Source: Octopus bimaculoides
Lineage: Eukaryota
Length of the DNA: 63,493 bases
Reading direction: 5' to 3'
Assembly: GCF_001194135.2 (NCBI RefSeq)
Contig: NC_068985.1
Location: 99,837,954 to 99,901,446 of the forward strand
In this document: in pieces, positions 51,786 to 63,493 of the stretch
How the letters are laid out: each line of letters begins with the position of its first letter
How positions within the stretch are numbered: the first letter of the stretch is position 1
The notes under the pieces: generated by a model
What the model was told of the DNA's origin: nothing
Seen by the model: only the letters and a program-made list of their open reading frames with translations
Database searches by the model: none
Program-made: the position numbers and the translations under genes

Positions 51786-52689
51786 ATGGAAAAGTACGAA
51801 CACAAAAACGAAACAAAAACAAGAAAAAGATCTGCTGCCCTGTGTCAAAATTCTAAACCATTAAAATGATTGAATGTAGCAAGGTATTATTACTAGATTT
51901 TAAATGAGGACACAAAATTCAAGGTAAATGAAATCTTTAAATTTCCTTCAAAAGACGCATAGTGCTTTGTTATCTGTCATTATCGGATGGGACGAAGAAC
52001 AGAATGCACCCTCAAAGCAGTATTCGTGCGAAATATTGGGAGAGACAAAAGAAAAATTTACAATTTTTTAGCGATCCTACTTCTTCGCTTGGGGGCGTCG
52101 ACACAACAAAAACATATACTACCTTACCATAGCAGAAATCTTTATCACATAACTCACCGAATACAGTAAAAGCAAAAGCAAATCTACAAGCAATCTTCTA
52201 ATACTGTATGTCATAACATTCATATGCTCATTCAAAACATCAATGGTATCTGTGGAATAGACGTAGCGTGTTGTGGGGACTTAATCGGATGTAAATGCCT
52301 CCTCTATTCTTAGAGCAAAAATCTCGTAGCATACATAATGTAATTAGTCAGAAAACATCGTATGGAGAATCAAAGAAAGAGTCGTAATTAAATCACTTAT
52401 TCTCTATGTACTCAGTAGAGTCATCTCACCAAGAGAAGTCATGAATTTGAAGATAGCTCCTAATCGCTTGAACGAATACATATTCTCACTGTCAGAGAGT
52501 TTTCGAACTATGTAAAACTATTGGCGATCAAGTCAAAAGTACACTGGTGCACATGTATATTTAATTATCGCCACACAGGCGGACTGTTTATAAATTCTGC
52601 GATTATCGACCTGTCACGCAGAAGGAAAGTATTACATGCCATGTAATTGATAGACATTCCTTCATTTACTAACCTACAAATAATATACA

Positions 52690-53045
52690 ACCTGTGGCAA
52701 CCATTTGGTCCTGCGAAGCTGACTTTGAAGAAGCGTTACTCGATAGCGTGCGTTTCTCGGAGTTCAGAGAGGCACTGTGGACAGAATCACCACCTCTCCG
52801 AAATCAGTGATCACAGCTCTGCCTCAACGGACATGTGATAAGAATGTCCCAGGAAAGATTCACACGATAAGCTTTAAGAGCAAAACTAATTTGCAGAAAG
52901 CCAGTAGACCACGAGAAAGATGTTGGAATGACGGCTATGATGTCGGTTGGTCACGTTCGTAGATCCGGCAGAACTCACTGAAAATAGTTGTATCTATCAG
53001 GACCAGATGGAAGGCGTGCTTGAAGCATCTGCCCCACGACCCTCT
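52690..53045 (+). mobile_element. RTE-clade LINE 3' end, decayed
   Basis: ESPPL...QLCLNGHVIRMSQERFTR*AL...SRPRERCWND...RTRWKACLK matches the RTE GHV.RM..ER...GRPR.RW.D pattern. Confidence 0.75.
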
Positions 53046-53056
53046 AAGAAATTAGC

Positions 53057-53262
53057 CAAAAACCCCCGTGATAGGTGAAAATCCGTGAAGTAGAGACAGT
53101 ACTGTACTGTATATGTTTCTTAGTTATTTTTATAATTTGTATATATTTATTTTATCATAAATGCAAAACAAAACCACGGAGGAATCCACGTAAGCTTAAA
53201 TAATAAACCGCGATAGCTGAACCGCGACAGGTGAAATGCGATATGGCGATGGATTACAGTAT
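53057..53262. mobile_element. pogo/Tigger-like non-autonomous DNA transposon, one end
   Basis: Terminus reverse complement TACTGTAATCCATCGCCATATCGCATTTCACCTGTCGCGGTTCAGCTATCGCGG resembles the Tigger-type CAGTAATCCCTCG.TATATCGCGG TIR with subterminal ATCGCGG repeats. Confidence 0.6.
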
Positions 53263-53828
53263 ATCGTTGTAATAGTAAACTTACCATTCCCGCCTGAAAA
53301 TAACCGATGTACATGCTTTATATAATACATTGTACCTAATTCAAACTCCTTTGCTCCCTAAATGCTTTCCTCAAATAATAATTCGGAGAATTGAAACTGT
53401 TACGTTAGTATGCTTGTCTCTCTGCTTCTCTGTTGAAGGCTAATAGTATTTTTTGGATGAATCAATGAAATATATCGTATCTTATTCTTCGAACTTCAAC
53501 ATTTCCCATTAATCATGTGGTATATATTAAGACATCGTGATCGTTCGGCGCTTTCATACAGATCTATACTGACTATTATTAGTAGCATATATACTTCAAA
53601 TTCGATCCGTCTGAAGCTTAGTATTGGAGTACTTAACGCACGAGCGCATACACAAACAGCACGTACACACATAAACATATAAATAACAGTTTAAAATCAT
53701 ACTTCTACGAATATCCCTATCGAACCATCTATCACTATATATATATATGTACATATATGTATGCATACATGCATATGCTCATATATCATTTGTATTATAT
53801 ATATATAATACAAATGATATATCATTTG

Positions 53829-53865
<37 letters not shown>

Positions 53866-55172
53866 AACTGATATGTGCAATTCAGACATATATGAAGTTA
53901 TACGTACACATTCTCGAATATTTAACTGATATATTTTCAGTATTAATAGTGCAGGATTTTCATCTAGAAATTTGGATAATATATGAATTATTAAAACATA
54001 TATGTATATATGTATATATTGAGTTTTTATCATAAGTTTTTTGACAAGAGAAATACTAGTAAAAGTTGGCAATCAATAATAATAAATTAAACCTTCTTTA
54101 TACATTATTATCACAGCTTTTCATCTTTTAATGAAATTATACGGCCATATCACTGACTTTAATTTATTTTGCCTCCTCTTTTCTATGATTATGTTTTCAA
54201 AATATTAATGTTCTTCTCATTTCCAAAGAACGTCTTTTTTTCTTTCCTTTAATTTTGTTTATATTTTTTTCGCTCATTTCTTTTATGAAGGAACTGCCCT
54301 TTCAGCTATTCATTATCATGTGATTTTGGAATATGTAGGGGAAAAAAAATTGATAAGATTATGAGTGAAAGGACGGGAAAAATTATGCATATGCATACAT
54401 ATTGCACATACACGTACACACCAACACACATACATACATATATACATATACATATATATGTATATATGAATGNNNNNNNNNNNNNNNNNNNNNNNNNNNN
54501 NNNNNNNNNNNNNNNNNNNNNNNNNNNNNNNNNNNNNNNNNNNNNNNNNNNNNNNNNNNNNNNNNNNNNNNNNNNNNNNNNNNNNNNNNNNNNNNNNNNN
54601 NNNNNNNNNNNNNNNNNNNNNNNNNNNNNTATATACATATATATGTACATATATTAGTGTGTCGCAGAAAATTCTTATTGCTTTTCTTGCATTAATAAAT
54701 TCTTGCAATTTATTTTCTTTGGGGAAATATTTTTTATCCCTCGTAGCCGGATTAAGATATTTTCTTACTTTTTTTGTCTCTCTTAGAAGAGAAAAAAATT
54801 CAATAAAAAAAACAATCCTGAGATTAATGAAATGGAAATCATTCGCTATATCACATATGCATATCTATATATGTCAGATGATCAAATTTTTCCTTCGTTG
54901 TTAATGAATTTAGAATCGCTGTGTTGGATGAAAGCAATATAATCTTGCTAGCGAATGGCTAGACTTAACGTATTATGACTGTTTCTATATAGTTTTACCA
55001 CATTTACCGACGGTGTGTGTCATGTGAAATTATACCTACTTCATTATATGGTATATTAGTGCCTAAGAGAAAATGTGTATGATCCCATATACATAGACAG
55101 GTAATATATAAAGACGCGCGCGCACATACAAACACACACAAACAATCACAAACACACACACATTTATATATA

Positions 55173-55583
55173 TACTCTTTACTCTTTTACTCTTTTACTT
55201 GTTTCAGTCATTTGACTGCTGCCATGCTGGAACAGCGCCTTTAGTTGAGCAAGGCGATCTCAGGACTTATTCTTTATAAGCCTAGTACTTAATCTATCGG
55301 TCTCTTTTCCGAACCGCTAAGTTACGGGGACGTAAACACACCAGCATCGGTTGTCAAGTGATGTTGGGGGAAAGGACAAACACAGACACACAAAAGTATA
55401 CACACATACATATATACATACATACGAAAGCTTCTTTCAGTTTCCGTCTACGAAATTCACTCACAAGGCTTTGGTCGGCCCGAGGCTACAGTAGAAGACA
55501 CTTGCCCAAGTTGCTACGCAGTGGGACTAAATCCATAACTATGCGGTTCCTAAGCAAGCTACTTACCACAGTCATCCGTATGC
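55173..55583 (-). mobile_element. SINE family A, full length
   Basis: Reverse complement is collinear with 40312-40733, including the (AAAAGAGT)n tail. Confidence 0.92.
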
Positions 55584-55586
55584 CTG

Positions 55587-55635
<49 letters not shown>

Positions 55636-55762
55636 NNNNNNNNNNNNNNNNNNNNNNNNNNNNNNNNNNNNNNNNNNNNNNNNNNNNNNNNNNNNNNNNN
55701 NNNNNNNNNNNNNNNNNNNNNNNNNNNNNNNNNNNNNNNNNNNNNNNNNNNNNNNNNNNNNN

Positions 55763-55837
<75 letters not shown>

Positions 55838-58800
55838 CATATATAACAAATGAAAGACAGAAGATAGAATGTACGAGAAAACATTATTAATCACGACAAT
55901 TATTTCTACACATCTAGCATCGACCGCTCTTGTGGGACAAACAAGAACTGGTTCAGGAGTATCCGATTGTGCAGATGTTTTCTCGTTGGGTGATAAATAA
56001 ATTTTAAAAATCGTTAAAATGACTGTTCCATAATGCAACTTTCTATTTTGTAAAGAGAAAAACAGCCAGACAGAGGAAAATTCTTCATATATATAGAAGA
56101 TCGAAAAATAAAATTGCAGAAGACAAAAAGAGAAACGAACACTTAATCCAGCGAGAAATGTATTGAAAATAACCGTTAACAGATATGGACGTACAAACGC
56201 CCTCGGGCAATTACATTTATATGCGTGTAGGCATCTCGATAGTATTTCAGAAATTCTATTAAGTATTAAGTATTGTTGGTGTCACCAAATTCTGAGCCAT
56301 ACAATCTGTTCTAAAGACTATCTTCACACAAATCTGTTCTAAAGACAATCACTTTATTAGCCATGAGGAGACATTTGTTTTTACCTCTATATGTGGCAAC
56401 ATCTGTACTTGCGCAGGTCTACACTCAATATTGTATTCCATAGTGGAATGTTTCGCATATATAGGTCTCTGGTTTTATCTTGGATGTTTAGCAGATTCGG
56501 CATCTAACTATACCTACGGAAATGCTTTGATTGAAATCCAAAACTTATACGAAGAAATTTTAATTTTGATTACATCCACTTCATAAATAGCTGAATTATA
56601 CTTCCGTTAAGTTCCTCTCAATCAAATGGATAAATGTTTGACACGTTAAAAATGATATCCAATCCTTGTCATTGGTCACCATATCATGTAAGCTGTAGAA
56701 CCTTAGAATTCGAAAGGAAGAACATTGAAAATTTCAAAATTCATGAATATATAGCATTGCATCTAAAATAAATAGTCTAATATACTAAAAGAGAAGTTTT
56801 AACTCCGACTAACTGGTCACATAGTTAAATATCCGTGTATCCAAGAAGATAAGGAAAACAATAACGAAAATATAAGAGATATTAAATTTTGAAAATATTT
56901 ATATCCTCCTTAGTAACTGCACCGATCGATGATATGGAACATTAAATTAACATTTCAGAACAACATAACGTGAGCCCCATACAGATGTCTTTCTAATTTT
57001 CTGTTTAAAATCTAAAGTCCTTAAATACATATAGACACACATTGCTGGTCAAGTAAATATTGATTTTTAATAGGCGAACAGGCTGACATATATTAGAGCA
57101 ACGAAATTCTTATTTTGTAACGTTCAAGAATTTTATTTGTCTGTTTACAATCTGCGTAAATTGAATTTAGTTGAGAATCAAAAGTGAGTTGCAAGGTCGG
57201 CCTATTTGAAACCGACTTTATACTCAACATTGGAGATAATAAATTTTCGTTGGTGGTGTTTTCAAGAGATATAAGCATACATGCAGATAACTAATCTTTT
57301 CCAGTAATCGAAAATTTTCTGTATCCAGATTTTTATCGTATGCGTATATATCTGGCTAAGCTTTAGTCCTACTTGCAGTTGAAGTGGAATACTACACCAA
57401 AATTCGTAAGGAAATCTGCACAGACAGATACCGAAAAGGCTGCGTAAAAAAACCCCCAAGAAACAAAAACGAAATAGCATTAAAATTCAGTTAGACAGCA
57501 CCGATACAGTAGTGGTGCACGAGCAAATCTTATAAAATTACATGAAAATTGATACTTCACAATATTTGAAATGGGAAAGATAATTGAATAATACATGAAT
57601 ACGCTTCCAGATTCTACATTAAATTTTCTGAAACATAGATAATAATTCCCCATATATAAAAGGAATATTTCAGTGTAAATTTACCTTTTTAGTGATAGAT
57701 TTTATAATTAATATATTCAGTTACAGTATCTCTTCTTATAATATTAAACAGTATATCTCCAAAAATAACTAGTTCTTATAATATTAGACGGCTTTAAGGA
57801 AATTGATATGCTAATTTTCAAAGCAAACTTACTTTCCATACAGAGTCTTTTTAAACAGAAGTTAAAAGATAGATTTCAGATAGATTACCGAACATACTTT
57901 AGAGTTAATTAATAGGTGATTAGGATAATGTTTCTCATGAAAAAATAGTTGTTATTGCCGTGTGTTGAAACGTGCAAGCCGAAAGTTAAATTAAATTTCT
58001 TTGTCAGAGGTATTACACTTCATTGATGTATTGTTTTCATATTATATTTATGTTGGAAAAAATCTATTTTGCAGGCGACAATTTTCGATACAAAGGAGTT
58101 CATAAAATAAATAGACGCTCAACTGTATTTGACTTTTATCGGTGCTCTTCCTTCGTTAAAAATGGCTGTTTTAACACTATAATACTCAAGATATTTGTAA
58201 GTCTCTTAACCTATTTCATACAAATGTTTGAGAGAACATTTTCTCGGTAAACTATCGACCGAATCAAATTTCTTTGTATAACAATACCGGCTAATCATAA
58301 TAGAATGTTAGTGAATGCTTTCATCACTCACTAGTAATAAGCAGACATCATTGAAATACAAATATTGAATAGTGGATACTTTACATAGTATACAAGGAAA
58401 AGGTGTAGCAGAAAGTGAATTATCTAATGGCAGATGTCTCACTATCAAATCAATATTGATAAAACAAAAATGCTATTTAAAGCTGTATTTATACTTGATG
58501 TTTGTTTGTTCTCGTATAATGAACGAGTTTATCCAAACGTCGGCAAACCGGATAGAGAAATATCAATTTGCTTTATATAAAATCTCAAAGACTTTTCAAT
58601 CTTTATATAGAAAGTGTTAACAAGAATTATAAAAAGAATCCTCAATAAATGTTGCTAATCGTTTCCTACAGCTTTTATTCCTATTAATAACATCGTTCCA
58701 CGTCTTTTTCATTTTCGTTTTTCTATTATATATTTCCTAACTGTTGAGCAAACCCATTGATATTCAGGACTCTTTTATTTTCCTCTAAGTATTTCGTTCA

Positions 58801-59693
58801 CAGTATTACTCATTATGTAACGACTTGTTATATACCTCTACAGCTTAACTTTGTTTTAGACATAACGCTATATATAAAATGATATATACGATGTTAACTG
58901 ATGCACAAAAACGACCCAGCGAAAGAAATATAATGCCGGTTCCACACTACCTATATCGTTTAAACATAGCTTCCATGTAGGATATGTAGAAAGAAACATA
59001 AACGAAAAATATCAAATGATTAATCAATTGAATACTTTTAACTATGGTAATAAGTTTTTGTTTTTAGGTTGACTCACGTTATCAATATCATAGATTTGCT
59101 TGTGTAGAGGATATGTCAGATAAGGTTGGAGCGCCGCTTAATGATTTTATCGAATTTATTCTAACATGTTACAATAGTTAATCTCTAATATGGGGAGCCG
59201 AGATACTTGATATGAGAATCAGACAACAAAACCTCTTTTCTCTTCAAACATTTCTATTTTGTTTCCTTTCTTTTTTCCTTTCTTTAAACTTTATCGTGTA
59301 TTTTTCCGCGTTGGTCTAAAAGCCATCACTTCTCTTACACGTATCTAGTAAATCAGTAAATGGTTTCCTGTACTTTTTACCACGTAAGATGGGAGTGGCT
59401 GTAATTCAAGGCAGAACAAATATCTCTAATCGCTTCATTTCAGTAACATAAGCCTTTTTGTCTGTTTCAAGAATGTTAATATTACTTGCTGTTGTACATC
59501 GCCAACTTAAAGTCCAAGGTTACTTTGAAGTGGAAACCTTACTTCCAGATAGCAAATTTGGTATAACCTGTACCTCTTGTTAATATAGTACTTGTATTTC
59601 AATTATTCAACGCTTGAATAATATATTGCAGCCTCCACCTAATGACAGCAGAACGAGCCATAAGCCTACAACTTCTTCTAAATTGCTAGAAAT

Positions 59694-59776
59694 AAGAGCT
59701 AAAAGAGCTAAGAGCTAAAAGAGCTAAGAGCTAAAAGAGCTAAGAGCTAAAAGAGCTAAGAGCTAAAAGAGCTAAG
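59694..59776. repeat. 16-bp tandem repeat x~5 (AAGAGCTAAAAGAGCT)
   Basis: Direct reading; alternating 7- and 9-bp subunits. Confidence 0.9.
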
Positions 59777-60214
59777 ATAATTCTGTAGTTAAAGCACATA
59801 ATTGTAGACATATATAATAACCATAACTGTAATCGCCCTAAAACACCGGTCGAAAAATACTCTTTGCTGATTGGTCAGTTCCGGTTAATTCTGTAGCTTC
59901 ATCAGTTGGAACCGCTCGATTCCTACTGTTCCATTATTGATGAGACCAATAGAGATATATTCCAATTAGCGAGAAATAATTATCATTTTATATACGGAGG
60001 ATTTATATGCGAGCTATTATTAGTTTCATACTGTGTAAACACAATGATCTGAAAATCTTGTATAGCCTGTCGTGTATTCACGACACATTCTTCATCCTGG
60101 TATATAAAATATCGCTGGCCATTTCGGGCAAAATGAGAGAAAAAAAAAAAACGAGAAGGAACAGGAGGAATTTAAGAGATGCGTATATGCTTATGTGTCA
60201 CTGTATGTTTCCAC

Positions 60215-60430
60215 CACCAGCACCACCAACACAAGAACGACGACCACCACCACCACTTGGCACATATCGTTGGTTTGTTTACGTTGTCATAACTCAGCGG
60301 GTCAGTAAAAGCACCAGATAGAATAAGCACCAGTCTTCTATAATAGGCAATGGGCCAATTTTCTCGGCTAAAGCACTTCAAAGTTTTTCCCCCAAATGGC
60401 CAATAGTCCAACGACTGAAACAAATACAAA
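60215..60430 (+). mobile_element. Divergent SINE-A-related 3' half
   Basis: GGTTTGTTTACGTTGTCATAACTCAGCGGGTCAGTAAAAGCACCAGATAGAATAAGCACC...GACTGAAACAAAT. Confidence 0.55.
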
Positions 60431-60452
60431 AAATTATATAGTATGGCATATT

Positions 60453-60551
<99 letters not shown>

Positions 60552-61347
60552 TACATTACACTCCTATAATTTACATTGGAAGTACTCGTTCCTTTCTAGT
60601 TTATATTATATTCATACTATTTTGGTTTATAGTTATGCAATTTGACAATTTATATATAGTTAAGATGATCTTGGACAAGTACTGTATATGTGCATACAGC
60701 TGAAGAATTGATATTGATTTAAATTAACTTATAAAATATATGTAATTGTCCATGAAATTTTACAGTTGACTGAATAATAAATTTACATACATGTAGTACA
60801 GAATAAATAAATTAAATGGGTTCTGAAATATTACACTATGCATTATATCAAATCATGATTTCTACAACAACAACGACAACAGAGAAAGACATAGAGACCC
60901 AGAAAAGCAGTCCCTGATACTAGCAAAAGTTAAAACGAAAAGGAAATATTCTGAGTAAGTTAAACGCATACACATTCACACGTACACGGAAGCACACTTA
61001 TCGGTGTATATACATAGATACATACATATATGTATGTATGTATGTATGTATGTATTTTTTTAATTTTCAAATTTTTCATTACTGTACTGGTTACAATACT
61101 TTGTCTGCGACCAGGCTTGAGGCATCATCTTGAAAGGATTTAGTTGAGCAAATGGCCCGCAGTACGTGAATTTTTAAGGGAACCTTTCGTCGGATTTCTA
61201 TGTTAAGCAAAAATCACAGTCTATCAAGCAATGACTGATGACTGAAATGACGTACGAAGGAACATGCATGCATATACGTATGTCTTCATTGCTTCTACTT
61301 TCAACACCACTGCAGCCTCTTACTCCTCCCCTTCCTCCTCCTGCCCC

Positions 61348-61438
61348 TCTTCTTCTTCTTCTTCTTCTTCTTCTTCTTCTTCTTCTTCTTCTTCTTCTTC
61401 TTCTTCTTCTTCTTCTTCTTCTTCTTCTTCTTCCTCTT
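61348..61438. repeat. (TTC)n microsatellite
   Basis: Direct reading. Confidence 0.95.
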
Positions 61439-62437
61439 CTATTTTCCCTTTTCCTTTTCGTTTTCCTGCAGGAAGTTGAACGTAACATTAATATTTCAGC
61501 ATATTATTTGAACAAGAAACACTTCTTTCTTTAAACTGATTTTCTACAGAATGGTTATTGTTCATAACGTTAAATATGTTTTATATGTTATGTGTAATGG
61601 TCGAGAACAACCGAATTGTATTAAGTAACCAATTTAATCGATCATTTATCTATGGCACACACTATTACACCGGGTTAGAACATACAGATTTCGCATTCAA
61701 TATTTCATTGTTTATCGATCGTGTTTCAAATAACATTACTATCAGAATATCTGGGAAAGCCTTTCATTGTAAGTTCGCCTTTAATACAAATGTCTTACTT
61801 CAATGATTATTTTCCTTTTCCTTCCTGCTAAATTATTTTATATGTAGATCTGACCATCCATCTTCGCTGATTATAATGTCGTCTTTAATTCCTCGCCTTT
61901 GATGCATGTTGTTCTTGTAGCCTTTCCAGCTAAGCTCCGATATGCGTCGTTTCTATGAACAGATTTCATGTCAAAGAACTGACTGCGGTGGGGTTGATGG
62001 TTATACGTTCGTCTTCGCCTTTGATCAACGGCAATAAATGTTTCTTGCACGATTTTTCCTTCGCTGTTTAAGCATCAGAGTATATAATAAGTTTGATTTC
62101 ATTTCATTGAAATGCTGATTGGTCAAAAATCTTTTAACACCTAGCCTTTATGAAATTTTCCTTCCAATTGACTTCAAAGTAATATCGTTAATGAGTTTCC
62201 AGTACCTAACGAGACTTGTGCATTTTAAAAGCAAACTACTATAACGGCTGTCTTACATAGTCATGTGATGCAAGCAGCCAATTACAATAACTTTTCTGTA
62301 GTTATTTTCTTCATACTGAAGAAGTATATTTATTTCAAACAATATATTCTTTTGAAATTATCTATCGTACACGTAAACATGAAGTTTGGCTTACAAGTAG
62401 ACAACCTCAAACACACTCATACAAACACTCACACAAT

Positions 62438-62486
<49 letters not shown>

Positions 62487-62526
62487 TTACAAATAAAGAG
62501 AGAGTGAAAGCTGAACTGACTGAGAG

Positions 62527-62566
<40 letters not shown>

Positions 62567-63150
62567 GTGCACTGAAACGCACAAACGCACGCACATGTAT
62601 GTATGTATTTTAGACAGAACTACACCCCATTACACACTTCAACAGATATTTTCGAATTTCGACGGAAGTAAAATTAGATTTGAAGCTAAGATATTTGGAC
62701 AATATCAAACAAAGAAGTATGAGGTATAAGAAATTAATAACGATAAAGCCAAACAGGTGCACTTCAAACAGTACATTTCACACTCAAGAGACACTGATAC
62801 AACCTGACGCAAATGAGTTCTATTACACATTTATACTCCAGTAACAGCGACGAATACATAATGCAGTTTCCCATCAGCTCATAAACACACTCACACACAC
62901 ACACACGCGCGCGTTTAATTGTGTGTGTACGTGCAGCTTTAATTAGCGTTTAAGTGTTTCGTTTACAGAAAATTCTTGTTTTTGGTTTTAGTCCAATATG
63001 GCGCAGTGTGCGTAAACTGGTTGTGCTAAACGTATCAACCAAAACCCTGAGAATAGAAGTGTACATAGGAGGTGAAAGAAAAGCGCCCTGTATACATATC
63101 CATGCATGCATGCATCCATCCCTCCATTAGTCCAACTATCCATCCATCCC

Positions 63151-63199
<49 letters not shown>

Positions 63200-63200
63200 A

Positions 63201-63252
<52 letters not shown>
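63151..63252. repeat. (TATC)n tract preceding the second Tx1-like 5' end
   Basis: Direct reading. Confidence 0.95.
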
Positions 63253-63253
<1 letters not shown>

Positions 63254-63259
63254 CTTCTC

Positions 63260-63493
63260 ACGGACGTGCTGTCACATCGGCTGCGAAGGTAAACGTTTAT
63301 TTGACCATTTACTGTCCACATTTTGTTGGGATTTTTAAATAATTTTGTTGCGAAGCACCTAGGCTTCATTTGTGTGTATTTTCAAGGGCAGGAATTGACC
63401 CCCAGGGGCAGTTTCGGCCCTAGCAAAATACAAAAATTTCCTTCTTGACATTTGAAAAATGTCGAGAAACATAATTTTGGAACGCTTGTCTTG
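63260..63493 (+). mobile_element. 5' end of a second copy of the Tx1-like element (runs off the window)
   Basis: ACGGACGTG(C/T)TGTCACATCGGCTGC...GGAACGCTTGTCTTG, roughly 90% identical by eye to 18118-18350. Confidence 0.88.

Noticed and set aside
59870-59950. CCAAT boxes plus an ETS-like TTCCGG as a promoter
   Set aside because: Short motifs that are common by chance; no downstream exon or transcript evidence.

Overview
AT-rich, microsatellite-dense eukaryotic DNA from a gapped draft assembly. The SINE families and repeat style fit an Octopus genome; this is my recognition, not a database check. No intact host protein-coding gene is supported, and almost every entry in the ORF track is a translated microsatellite, N-gap or chance ORF. 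The window is a transposon graveyard: three tRNA-headed SINE families (my labels A, B, C), non-LTR retrotransposon remnants (Tx1/L1-like, R4/Dong-like, HERO-like, RTE, CR1-like) and DNA transposon fossils (hAT, Tc1, mariner, Tigger-like, two TA-flanked MITEs). Four things stand out. (1) A Tx1-like retrotransposon sits inside a (TATC)n tract, and a second copy starts at another (TATC)n tract, suggesting GATA-repeat targeting. (2) Its 3' tail is shared with one SINE-B variant. (3) A roughly 890-bp palindrome carries two head-to-head tRNA-like Pol III heads, each followed by a degenerate Penelope-type minimal hammerhead ribozyme. (4) An R4/Dong-like LINE has inserted into the (AAT)n tract of that palindrome. 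Boundaries of degenerate elements are approximate and were aligned by eye.
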